Positions 1 through 11,005 of a DNA stretch of 64,000 nucleotides are shown in pieces. Below the pieces are notes generated by a model that worked only from the letters and a program-made list of their open reading frames with translations, had not been told where the DNA came from and did not search any database. Both the position numbers and the translations under genes were made by a program. How positions within the stretch are numbered: position 1 is the first letter of the stretch; every line of letters starts with the position of its first letter. Source of the stretch: Octopus sinensis (taxonomy: Eukaryota); assembly GCF_006345805.1 (NCBI RefSeq), contig NC_043003.1, positions 23,312,001 through 23,376,000 of the forward strand, given 5' to 3'.

Positions 1-572
1 AACGTTAGCACGCCGAGCGAAATGCTTAGCGGTGTTTCGTCTGTCTTTACGTTCTGAGTTCAAATTCTGCTGAGGTCGACTTTGCTTTCATCCTTTCGGG
101 GTCGATTAAATAAGTACCAGTTACGCACTGGGGTCGATATAATCGGCTTAATCTGTTTGTCTGTCTTTGTTCGTCCCTTCTGTGTTTAGCCCCTTGTGGG
201 TAGTAAAGAAATAGAAATAGGTATTTCGTCTGTCGCTACGTTCTGAGTTTAAATTCCGCCGAGGTCGACTTTGCTTTTTATCCTTTCGGGGTCGATTAAA
301 TAAGTACCAGTTACGCACTGGGGTTGATATAATCGACTTAATCCGTTTGTCTGCCCTTGTTTGTCCCATCTCTGTGTAGCCCCTTGTGGGCAGTAAAGAA
401 ATAGGTATTTCGTCTGTCTATATATTCTGAGTTCAAATTCCGCCGAGGTCGACTTTACCATTCATCCTTTCGGGGTCGATAAATTAAGAACCAGTTGCGC
501 ACTGGGGTCGATCTAATCGACTTTCCCCCTCTCCCAAAATTTCGAGCCTTGTGTCTAGAGAAGAAAAGAATA
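1..572 (+). mobile_element. tRNA-derived SINE family A, tandem trimer (core+tail1, core+tail1, core+tail2)
   Basis: Core GTTCTGAGTTCAAATTCCGCCGAGGTCGACTTTGCCTTTCATCC (B-box-like GAGTTCAAAT) repeated with periods of about 189 and 184 bp; the same family recurs more than 20 times in the window. Confidence 0.85.
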
Positions 573-805
573 TAGCAATATAAGAACGACAGAACCAAAG
601 GCCATAAAGTACCGTATTCTAATTGCATTCTCTACTTTCTCTGATTTGTATAGTTACCATAATTGCATTTTCACTTCAATGATTATGCAAGTTTCACTTC
701 AAAATCTCCTTGATGTTCGACGTATGTTATATGCATTACCATTTTGTGTATATGAGAGTTTTCCGATTGCCTGTTCTCATTTCAACTCTTATTTTCTTAT
801 CACAG

Positions 806-863
806 AAATGTGTTGGCTTTCACAAAGCTGAAAGGCCAGAGAGGACACTAATATACAGATTGC
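806..863 (+). other. Candidate short exon (probably non-coding or 5' UTR)
   Basis: Acceptor ttattttcttatcacAG at 804-805 and donor GTAAGT at 864; only one open frame (KCVGFHKAERPERTLIYRL), with no recognisable homology. Confidence 0.3.
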
Positions 864-1036
864 GTAAGTTTGAGAGCCAGATTGTTAAACAAAAACCTCA
901 GTGCGAGAAGTATCCATAGTGCATTAATATAAGGATTGATACCTAAAGTCACGTTTCCGTCGTCATAACCATTCCCTTCTCGTCATTTTTTAATCCCGCA
1001 ACTGCAGCCATCCGGCATCAGATATTAACATAGACG

Positions 1037-1168
1037 ATGGTATTCGTAATATTGCTAACCATATTATTTTTTCTTGCCCTGGCAATCATCTTGTATTCGT
1101 GGAAGAAAGAGAAAGGAGTGAAGGAGCTATTCAGGAACGCACGCAATGCAATAGATAATCAAAGATGA
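1037..1168 (+). CDS. Candidate 43-aa single-TM microprotein MVFVILLTILFFLALAIILYSWKKEKGVKELFRNARNAIDNQR
   Basis: Manual translation: ATG at 1037, TGA ending 1168; about 20 hydrophobic residues followed by WKKEK; upstream acceptor ctgcAG (1006-1007) and downstream donor GTATGT (1210). Could be a chance ORF. Confidence 0.25.
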   Translation: MVFVILLTILFFLALAIILYSWKKEKGVKELFRNARNAIDNQR

Positions 1169-1388
1169 AGATATCTTTGAACACTGTGACACAGGATGGA
1201 GCAAATTTTGTATGTCTGAAGGCTGAATTGAATTCAATGTAATTTGAGAGGTCCATTCTTATGACAATGTTCTGAACTATACGAATATAAAATGAGTTAA
1301 TAAATATTTAAAGTATGAAATAAAGATATTAAACTAACATCTTGATGACTTTATCATAAATTAAGAATATAAATGTTTTACCAATGTA

Positions 1389-1940
1389 TTGGGTTGTCCG
1401 GAAAGTTCGTGCCGATTTGTAGTAGCTTATATTTCGACTTATTTTAGAACATGGTTGAGTCCATCAAATAGGATTTAACTACACCTCCATTTAGAGCACA
1501 GTTTAAGCTATCTTTTCGTGGAAGAAGGTTTATCTTCCTATAACCTGTGCTAATTCTGTTACCCTTTAAAATGGAAGATAAGAAAGTTCATTTTCGGCAC
1601 TTGAAGCTTTAAGAACCAGACAAAAATTGCTGCAGCTCGGCTGGAATGTATTACCCCACCCTCCATATTCACCAGATGTTGCTCCTTCGGATTTCCACTT
1701 ATTCAGGTCTCTGTAGAAGAGTCTTAGTGGTAAAAAATTTAATTCCTTGGATGACGTAAAAAGATACCTTGATGAATTCTTTGCCATGAAACCACCTCAA
1801 TTCTGGGAAGAAGGTATTTTCAAGTTAAAGGAAAGATGGAGACGCATTGTGCAACGAAATGGTTCATATTTGGTTGATTAAAAATGTAAGGACAAGTATT
1901 TATTGACCTAAAATCGGCATGAACTTTTCGGACAACCCAA
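1389..1940 (+). mobile_element. Internally deleted mariner (DD34D) element, copy 1
   Basis: TIRs TTGGGTTGTCCGGAAAGTTC...GAACTTTTCGGACAACCCAA with TA on both sides; remnant MEDKKVHFRHL fused to HPPYSPDVAPSDFHLFRSL. Confidence 0.92.
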
Positions 1941-3020
1941 TAATAAACGAAAGTGTTTCCATGCAAACTAAATGCAAATGTCCTCCACAGACTACCTTTT
2001 AGGGTAATAAAAACTATAGATTTCCCATACCCGGTCTTGTACATTTTCCCTATTATGGTTGTTAGGATCCTATCATTTTCTCATTGTAATATACACGCAT
2101 TATCTTTGTATGGAAACACGTTGATAGAATGGTACTCACTTGTCTATAAGACAGTAAGCCCCGATATTACATAAATATTCCTTACTGATATTACATAACT
2201 TTGTAATTTCTTTTCAGAATCTGGATGCCAAATCACAAAGATGTTTGGCTATCTCCAATCTAATTATATTCGTTTTTTTATGCTTTGTTTTAAATGCCGT
2301 GGATATAAAATCGGAAAGAAAATAAAATTTATCAATATTTTTTATAATATAAAGTTTTGATAAAATATGCCTGGATTCCATTGCGTATGCATCTCTGTAA
2401 ATCTAGCAGCCATATCGGGAATTAAGAACATTAGACTATTCAATCGTTTCAACAATCAATCATTCTGTATTGGCAAATTGATGTCAGGCTTCAAATCTGC
2501 GAATTGGAGATGCAATTTTGATTCAACAATGCCATATTGAACGGAAATGGTAAAAAAATTGATCAATAAATTCAAATCAAGCGGCAGTGCAATTATTGTA
2601 TGGGAGAGTGACAAAACTAAACGGAGTTCAGTATTTTATATATAATTATGTATTTCTTTCTTCTTTTTTGTCATTTCTGCTTTATTTAATTATCATAATA
2701 TGTGTAACAATTCTAAGTTTCAGTTATCTTCACATTCAAAACATCATTATTGTCAACGTTATCTCAATTCTTTGTGTGTTTCAATTGATACCTTTGGTTT
2801 TCCCCTTTCGTACTCCTATTCTTCTTTATTTAAAGTGGGAAAAAAAGCATTGTCTTATTCATAACATAAAGGCTAATGCGCAAAAGGACTGGAAAGATCC
2901 TCATAACCAGAAGATGGGGCTTAGACCCCAAACGAAACCGCAGTTGCAACTTAAGACTAATATAACTGAATCTTAAGCTAACGTTTCACTATTTGCAATT
3001 TTCACTATTTGTGACCATCG

Positions 3021-3185
3021 TAGGCGCAGGAGTGGCTGTGTGGTAAGTTGCTTGCTTACAAACCACATGGTTCCGGGTTCTTTCCCACTGCGTAGTACCT
3101 TGGGAAAATGTATTCTACTATAGCCTCGGGCCGACCAAAGCCTTGTGAGTGGATATGGTAGATGGAAACTGAAAGAAGACCATCG

Positions 3186-3216
<31 letters not shown>

Positions 3217-3232
3217 TATATATGTGTGTGTG

Positions 3233-3271
<39 letters not shown>

Positions 3272-3475
3272 TTGTGTGTCTGTGTTTGTCCCCCAGCATT
3301 GCTTGACAACCGATGCTGGTGTGTTTACGTCCCCGTAACTTAGTGGTTCGGCAAAAGAGACCGATAGGACAAGTACTAGGCTTACAAACAATAAGTCCTG
3401 GGGTTGATTTGTTCGACTAAAGGCGCTGCTCTAGCATGCCCACAGTCTTAAACAAGTAAAAGAGTAAAAAATTAA
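3021..3475 (+). mobile_element. tRNA-derived SINE family B (central (TA)n(TG)n tract)
   Basis: Head AGGCGCAGGAGTGGCTGTGTGGTAAG, CCTTGGG(C/A)AA box, central microsatellite, 3' GTAAAAGAGTAAAA tail; about 20 copies in the window. Confidence 0.85.
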
Positions 3476-3479
3476 AAAT

Positions 3480-3880
3480 CGTTTATCTTTTCGCTTTTAT
3501 TTCTTTTTTCAGTTATTGGACTGTGACTATGCTAAGGCAACAGTCCGAAAGGTTTTAGTCGAACAAATCGATATTTTTAAGTCTGGTTCTTATACTAATG
3601 GCTATTTTGCCAAACCGCTATGTTAAGAGGATGTAAGAAAACCAACATCGGTAACCAAGCGGTGTTGGGAGACAAACATAAACACAACGACATACTCACA
3701 GTACCCCCTCATATGTGTAGACGCACAGAAATATAAAGAGAGAGAGAGAGAGATAGAGAGAGAGAAAGAAAGACAGGAAAACAGAGACAGACAGACAGAT
3801 ACGACAAATTTCCAGTTTCCGTCTACTAAATACCCTAACAAGACGTCGGACAATCCGGGCTTGTATAGAAAAACTTATAT
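3480..3880 (-). mobile_element. SINE family B, diverged, tail-to-tail with the previous copy
   Basis: Reverse complement of the family B tail and body. Confidence 0.75.
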
Positions 3881-3925
3881 ATATTTGCAAAGGAGCCTTC
3901 ACTTTCATCGCTACCTGGTGGTTAC

Positions 3926-3968
3926 CGCCCGTTGACGAGGGACAACAATCCCGAAACTAGTTCGAGCG
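3926..3968 (+). ncRNA. Degenerate minimal type I hammerhead ribozyme
   Basis: CGCCCG-TTGACGA-GGGA(caacaa)TCCC-GAAA-CTAG-TT-CGAGCG: stem II 4 bp, palindromic stem III ACTAGT, stem I 5 of 6 bp; core C3 is T and the cleavage-site base is T. Confidence 0.6.
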
Positions 3969-4713
3969 TATCACTCAGGCTTGCGAGGAAGGGATGGCCT
4001 CCCTTTGCAAATACTCCAAGGACACAGATATTGTGTCTAAAGCCAGCTAGAGACGAAGATCTCTTGGGGCTATAAAGCTACAGTAACACCCCCGCCCAAA
4101 GTGGTTAGCCATGATAAGATGGCTTCTATACTTTACGGTAGAAGACAGTTTTAGAGGGAAGAAATCCGCTACAACATGATTGCAAATCGAGTTTCTTAAC
4201 CACATATATATATGGCGGCCATATTAACCAGCAAATTTTAATAATTGATCCAAAGATGATTATAAATGTGATATTACAGAATTCCTGACTAATGATTGAT
4301 CATATGGGTCGTTTTATAAAAAAAAAAACACTGACACCGGTGTTTCGTGTCCCGACCAAAAGTCAAAATCAGAATTAGTGAAGACTCCTGAATTTCATTA
4401 GTCTACACATAACGGATAAGATTGTTCCTGATATGAAACCGATCCAACTTCAGTGTAACAGGAAAATACCCCTATCTCAGCAATACATCCTACGAAAGGT
4501 ACAAAAAAAAAATTAAAATAAACAAAAGGTTAGTTTCGAAAAATAAGAATCATATTTCTTTATACAAATATATTTATGCTAAAATATAGTCACACAGAGG
4601 TACACACACAAACAAACGGACACATATATGCATATACATATGTACACATACACACGCACACACACACAATCACACACATACATATGTATATGTGTGTATG
4701 TATATATCACGGT

Positions 4714-4995
4714 ATCACCGTGACCGACCAGGCTATCAGATGTAGTTACACATCACTGGTCACAATGCGCTTTGCGTTGTTTTAGTCTACAAATAACGCC
4801 ACCCCGCTGCCTAAGCGAGGAGGCCAACAGAAGAAAGACTGAGAGAAAGTTGTGGCGAAAGAGTACAGCAGGGATCGCATCCACCCGCTGCCGGAGCTTC
4901 GTGGAGCTTTAGGTGTTTTCGCTTAATAAACATTCACAACGCCTCGAAACCACGATCCTACAACCGCGTTCCGCTGCTATAACTACAGGGCCATT
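4714..4995 (-). mobile_element. SINE family C variant with an alternative 3' tail; a truncated tail copy lies at about 7015-7128
   Basis: 4840-4995 matches the reverse complement of family C (GGTTTCGA B box, GTACTCTTTCGCCACAACTTTCTCTCA); 4714-4840 matches 7015-7128. Confidence 0.7.
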
Positions 4996-5429
4996 GCGCA
5001 TCCACGTGTATATATATATATATGTGTGTGTGTGTGTGCGTGTGTGTGTATATATATGTATAAACCAAGGACATGGTCCTTGTCAGTGGCTTTGGTTGAC
5101 GGAAACTGAAAGAAGTCCGTCGTCCATGCACGCGTGTGTGTGTGTTTGTGTGTGTGTGCGTCTTTATCTGATTTTTCCTCTCATCACTGCTTGACAACCG
5201 GTATTAGTGTATTTACGTCCCCGTAACGTAACTATTCTGCAACAGGGCGCGACAGAATGAGTGGTAGTCTAAAAATGTACTGGGTTCGATTCACTCTACT
5301 AAAAATTCTTGAAAGCGGTGCTCCAGCATGACTGCAATCTAATGACTGAAACAACTAAAATATATGTGTACACACACACACACACACATATATATATGTA
5401 TGTATGTATATATATATATATACACACAA

Positions 5430-6770
5430 ACTCCTCGATTTCAAAATAATGTTTAACAATATTAATAGCAACATACAATTCACCATGGACTACAGCAGTA
5501 AACAACACCCTTTTCTTGACATCCTAATTAAAATAGCCAATAACCACATCGAAACAGACATCTTCTATAAATCCACAGATTCTAAACAATACCTATTATT
5601 CAACTCATGCCACCCCAAACACATAAAAATTAATATACCTTATAATTTAGCGAAAAGAATCTGTACCATAGTTTCGGACACCTATACTCGTAAACGAAGA
5701 CTCCTCGAACTCAGATCAATACTAATCAAAATACATTACCCAATATCATTAATAAATGATGGCATTAAACGAACTATGGAAATAGATATGCGAACATTAA
5801 GGGAAGTCAACCGAAACACTAAACCAGACTTTAAAATACTCCCGTACATCACAAATAACCCTAGAAACACGAAGCCTTCAACGTTATTACCCAAAACCTT
5901 CACATCCTCATAGAAGATAAAACAATGAACAAAATTTTAGGCTCACACAAAATTATGAAAAGCAAAATGCAATCTAAATCATTGAAAAAAATATTAACCA
6001 GCGCAAGACTATATCCATTAACAACAGAACCAAAAGTGAAAAAATGGGGTCGACGTAACTGTAGTACATGTCCCCACCTTTTGGAGAGTTCAGAGTTCCA
6101 CTTTAAACAAAGTGAAATATTTAAGATCAAATCAAATTTCACCTGTGCCTCGGAAAATCTAATCTATGCCATTACATGCTTAGAGTGTGGTAAGACACCC
6201 ACAATACAGACAGGTAAAGGTTAATGACCACAGAGAAAGGTGTACTAGGAATCTTAATCCTAATTTCCTAATTTTCCCCTTCCATCAATGTTCGCAGAAA
6301 ACCTCAGTACAACAAAAAATGACCTTCCACAAATAAATATGAACACATAACATAATACAGAACACTACTAACCTTCCAATTAATACCACTATCCTCCATA
6401 CATCCCATACACCATTCACGTTACAGATCTATATCTACCCTAATTGCACCACATCCAGAAATACTTACCTCCCTTACACATAATCTTTTTACTTAGGAAG
6501 TAGTAGACCTGACACCGTTCATTAATCGGTGTGCACTCAAAGCAATGATTATAAAATTATGAAACCAATATGCTTTTAAATATCTTTAACAATTCACAAT
6601 AATAACTTTTATTACTTTTATTCCTACCTCAGTTCATCTAATTGTATATTATCTATCGTTACTTTTCATAATTTTGATTTCCAATGTGCATTTTCGCTTA
6701 TTATTCTTCTTACTTTCGCCTTACATTTCCACATGTAGTTTCTATTTTCTTTTTGTAACATTTCTATTAT
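5430..6770 (+). mobile_element. 5'-truncated, frameshifted Penelope-like element (Neptune-type): RT C-terminus plus GIY-YIG endonuclease
   Basis: ORF 5404-5913 has PFLDILI...FYKSTDSKQYLLFNSCHPKHIKINIPY (PLE RT thumb); ORF 5925-6224 has a CxxC linker (NCSTC) followed by TCASENLIYAITCLECGK (GIY-YIG start). Confidence 0.88.
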
Positions 6771-6813
6771 ACACACACACACACACACACACCACACACA
6801 CACACACACACAC

Positions 6814-6871
<58 letters not shown>

Positions 6872-6949
6872 TATAAATAGATAGATAGATAAAGAGAAAG
6901 AGAGATAGTTAGATAGATAGATAGATAGATAGATATAGATATATATATG

Positions 6950-7005
<56 letters not shown>

Positions 7006-7190
7006 CACGTGATATATATCACGTGACCCACCAGACCATCAGATGTTGCTACACATCGCTGGTCACAATGCGTTCGCATTGTTTTAGCCTTCGAATGACG
7101 CCACCCCGCTGGCTAAGTGAGCAGGCCAATATATAAATAAATAACTATGCCCCCCTTGTAAACATTTATCAATGCCGGTGGTAGTAAATA

Positions 7191-7794
7191 TTTTTCTGTA
7201 TATTATAAATCGTAAGCAACAAACATACATTTGCACTTGTAGCCTATTTATTCCGTTGCTATTGTAAAAGTATATACAAAAAAGCAGTTTTAATGTGAGG
7301 CAGTTTCTCTTCCCCAATGGAGATTGTCATCTACGTTTATGTCATTTAATCTTTTATGATAGTATTTGACGTCATGTTTCACGTGATATCGTTTATTGAC
7401 TGTTTTACTCCATTCTTACTCCAAGAAGTTTAAGGTAAACAGATTTTCTGTGTAATCTCTCATTCAAAAAGGCCATGTATAGAATTCTAAATAGCAGAGA
7501 TTCAGCTGCATTTCTCTTTAAAGTGATTTGATTTATTGTAATTTTATTTTTATGCATGATATGTTTTTTCATAAGACGCAAAGTCAATTTTTATCGAAAT
7601 GTTTCAAAATTCAGTTAAACAAAAGGCTGTGGAAGGTGTTTCTAAACAGTTTTATGACGTAGAAAAATTAAAATCAAAATCTCAAATTCCATCCAACTAA
7701 ATTTGATTGAAAACTATCATATCTAATTACTAGTACCAATTTTGCTATATCTAAAATCTTAAGCAATGAAACGTAAAAATAAATTTAAGTGAGA

Positions 7795-7838
<44 letters not shown>

Positions 7839-7983
7839 GTAGATGACAGTCTCCTTTGGGGAAGAGAAACTGCCTCACATTAAAACTGCATTTTTGTATA
7901 TACTTTTACAATAGCAATGGAATAAATAGGCTACAAGTGCAAATGTATGTTTGTTGCTTACGATTTATAATATACAGAAAAAA
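7191..7983. repeat. Inverted repeat with about 150-bp arms (7191-7340 / 7833-7983), MITE or fold-back-like
   Basis: CTGTATATTATAAATCGTAAGCAACAAAC...GTCATCTACGTTTAT has its near-perfect reverse complement at 7833-7983. Confidence 0.8.
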
Positions 7984-8033
7984 GATATATGTATTTGCAT
8001 TGGGACCCCTTCGCATCGAAGACCGGTGATTGT

Positions 8034-8078
8034 CGTGCGCTGATGACGGGTAAATACTCAGAAACCTGGGTCCGTGCG
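8034..8078 (+). ncRNA. Minimal type I hammerhead ribozyme (same repeat family as 3926)
   Basis: CGTGCG-CTGATGA-cGGGT(aaat)ACTCa-GAAA-CC(tg)GG-TC-CGTGCG: intact core, GUC cleavage triplet, stem I 6 bp with two G-U pairs; C-A mismatch at the base of stem II. Confidence 0.7.
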
Positions 8079-8466
8079 TATCACGTCAAGTCGACGAAGG
8101 GAAGGATGGCCTCCTTTTGCACATACTGATAGGGCACAGAAAGTGTGTCAATAGCTAGCTGGAGAAGATGTTCTCCTGGGGCTACAAGCTACAGTAGCAT
8201 CCACCCTTAGTGGTTAGTCACATTTAGCTGGTAAATATACTTCACATTGTCGTGCAGCTACTGTTTATACCTCGTTTAGAGATTTATGATTGCTTATATA
8301 TATATAAATATATATACAGTAAAAGCAATTAAGATTCAAGTGAGTTCTGTTGAATTCACATGAATGCGGTACATAACTTAGATGCACCAGAAATCTATAT
8401 GGTATTAACCATATGATAATGTGGGGTGATTATAAACAAGAAAAAAGCAAGAAAAATGGATCGATA

Positions 8467-8552
8467 TTTCGGTACAATTGTTTCGTACGAAGACCAGCTT
8501 TACCTTGCAAATATTGCAGCAAATATAAGTGACCCGTACTCATCAGCCGAAA
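8467..8552 (-). ncRNA. Type I hammerhead ribozyme, intact core
   Basis: Minus strand reads TTTCGG-CTGATGA-GTACG...CGTAC-GAAA-CAATTG-TA-CCGAAA: stem I 6 bp Watson-Crick, stem II closed by G-C, palindromic stem III ACAATTGT, GUA triplet. Confidence 0.88.
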
Positions 8553-8751
8553 AAACATCTGAGTTCTCCAAACATCTAAGGGGGTGAGGCTACACTCCTG
8601 AAACATCAGGGATAGTTCTATAAAAATCGGATTTAGATAATAAAGAACTTTGAAAGTCCGTTTATTATCTAAATCCGATTTTTATAGAACTATCCCTGAT
8701 GTTTCAGGAGTGTATCTCACCCCCTTAGATGTTTGGAGAACTCAGATGTTT

Positions 8752-8837
8752 TTTTGGCTGATGAGTACGGGTCACTTATATTTGCTGCAATATTTGCAAG
8801 GTAAAGCTGGTCTTCGTACGAAACAATTGTACCGAAA
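8752..8837 (+). ncRNA. Type I hammerhead ribozyme, intact core
   Basis: TTTTGG-CTGATGA(8758-8764)-GTACG...CGTAC-GAAA(8820-8823)-CAATTG-TA-CCGAAA; predicted cleavage after A8831. Confidence 0.88.
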
Positions 8838-9179
8838 TATTGATCCATTTTTGTTGTTTTTTTCTTGTTTATAAATATATATATATATATATAGCAACAC
8901 ACAAAATTCATAAGACACTATATTCCTCCATTACGCATTTTCTAACTACTGGATACCATATAACTATCATAAGATCTTTATAGATTCTAATATTTTGAAA
9001 GTTATACATTAAAAGAATCCTATAATCTATATAACGCAAATATGTTATATGCATTCGTTGTAGGCTTATCTGAATTTTTACTGTGTCCTTCAACTCAGCC
9101 ACTGTTTTGTATTCCCCTGTTGTTAAACTTGGTCTATATGGTTTACACTAAGTTGAAAGGCAGGAGCGGAGAGATGCAT

Positions 9180-9925
9180 AGGTGCAGGCGTGGCTGTGTG
9201 GTGAGAAGCTAGATTCACAACGAATGTGGTTCTGGGTTCAGTTCCAATGTGTAACGCCTCGGACCAGTGTCCTCTGCCATAGCCTCGGGGCCCCGACCAA
9301 AGCCGTATTTGCGGATTTCGTATGCGGAAAGTGAAAGAAGCTTGTCGTGCGAGTGTGAGTGTGTGTGTGTGTGTTTGTTCCGTGTCACCGCTTGACAACC
9401 GGTGTTGGTGTGATTACGTCCATGTAATCTGGCGCTTCGGCAAAAGGGTTCGATAGAATAAGCACCAGGCTCAACTGAAGCTAGATTCACAATGAATCTA
9501 ACGTTTTATAATGTAGCTAAATTTTCATTAAATGAAGCAAGCTTCCCAGCGAATCTGGTTCTGGGGTCAGTCCTACTGTGTAACGCCTTGGACCCGTGTC
9601 CTCTGCCATAGCCTCAAGGCCCCGATCAAAGCCGTGTGTGTGGATTTCGTATGCGGAAAGTGAAAGAAGCTTGTCGTGCGTGTGAGTGAGTGTATGTGTG
9701 TGTATGTGTGTTTGTTCCGTGGCACCACTCGACAACCGGTGTTGGTGTGATTTCATCCACGTAAGCTCGCGTTTCAGCAAAAGAGTTCGATAGAATAAGC
9801 ACCAGGCTTCAATGAAAGAAAAATATACTGGATTTGATTCATTCCACTAAAACGTCTTCGAGACGGTGCTCCAGTATGACTGGAGTCTAATGACTGAAAC
9901 AAATAACAGCTAAAAAGTAAAAGAT
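9180..9925 (+). mobile_element. Two tandem diverged SINE family B copies (about 9180-9485 and 9530-9925)
   Basis: Family B head, body and tail motifs. Confidence 0.75.
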
Positions 9926-10249
9926 ACCATGATAGTGCTGACTACCTGATTTTTTAGTTGAAACATGAAACGAAACAATTCATCTGGTTTATTACTATAA
10001 GAGAATTAGTAAGTGAATTCACATTTTCCAAGTCTCTGCATATTCGAGAAGGATTTGTCATATCAGCTGCAACCATCCAATATTTATTTTAAAATTGCTG
10101 ACGACGACAAGGTCTTTGTATGTAGTTTGCTATGGCATTAAATATAATCATGTCCAAACCGAAGGGTCTTGCCCCGGTAAATTTCGAAGAAGGATTAGAT
10201 ATTTGGTAAAGACACTCAACTTCCATTAGTCTGGTAGAGTAAGGAATAC

Positions 10250-10690
10250 CTATCAATACTGGTAGAATCGTTAGTACACCGAACGAAATGCTTAGCAGTA
10301 TTTCGTCCGCCGATATGTTCTGAGTTCAAATTCCACCAAGCTTGACTTTGCCGTTCATCCTTTCAGGGTCGATAAATTAAGTACCAGTGAAACACTGGGG
10401 TCGATATAATCGACTAGTCTCCTCCCCACAAAGTTTGAGTCCTTGTTTAGTAGAAAAGAATAACTGAAGGCCGCAAAGCGGAGGGGTGACAGATTCGTTA
10501 GCACGCCGGGTAAAATGCAAAGCAGCATTTCGTCTGTCCTTACATTCTGAGTTCAAATTTCGCCAAGGTCGACTTTGTTTTTAATCATTTCACGGTCGAT
10601 AAAATAAGTGGATCACTGGGGTTGATGTGATCAACTTACCCCCTCCTTCAAAATTGTTGAGCTTGTGCTAAAATTTGAAACCAATATTTT
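10250..10690 (+). mobile_element. Two diverged SINE family A copies
   Basis: GTTCTGAGTTCAAATT...GACTTTG core occurs twice. Confidence 0.75.
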
Positions 10691-10776
10691 AAGGCTGCAT
10701 TGAATTCAAGTAGAATGAAACTTTATTTAACTGTGCACAAATAAGTGTATTTTTTATTGTAAAATTATATTATATA

Positions 10777-11005
10777 TTCCTTTACTGCCCACAAGGGGCT
10801 AAATATAGAGGGGGCAAACAAGGAAAGACAAAGGGATTAAGTCGATTACATCGACTCCTGTGCGAAATTGGTACTTTATTTATCGATCCCGAGAGGGTAA
10901 AAGGCAAAGTCGACCTCGGCGGAATTTGAACTCAGAACGTAACGACAGACAAAATACCGCTAATCATTTCACCCGGCGCGCTAACGTTTCTGCCAGCTCG
11001 CCGCC
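10777..11005 (-). mobile_element. SINE family A with a 22-bp target-site duplication
   Basis: TTTTTATTGTAAAATTATATTA at 10751-10772 and 11006-11027 flanks a full-length minus-strand copy. Confidence 0.85.

Larger units (their letters stand above)
8430..8873. repeat. 444-bp near-perfect palindrome (arms about 215 bp, loop about 16 nt)
   Basis: 8430-8644 is the reverse complement of 8661-8873 with only a few substitutions. Confidence 0.95.

Noticed and set aside
2587-2976. 129-aa hydrophobic ORF
   Set aside because: Its F/I/L-rich composition is expected from AT-rich DNA, it uses a GTG start, and there is no domain or splice support.
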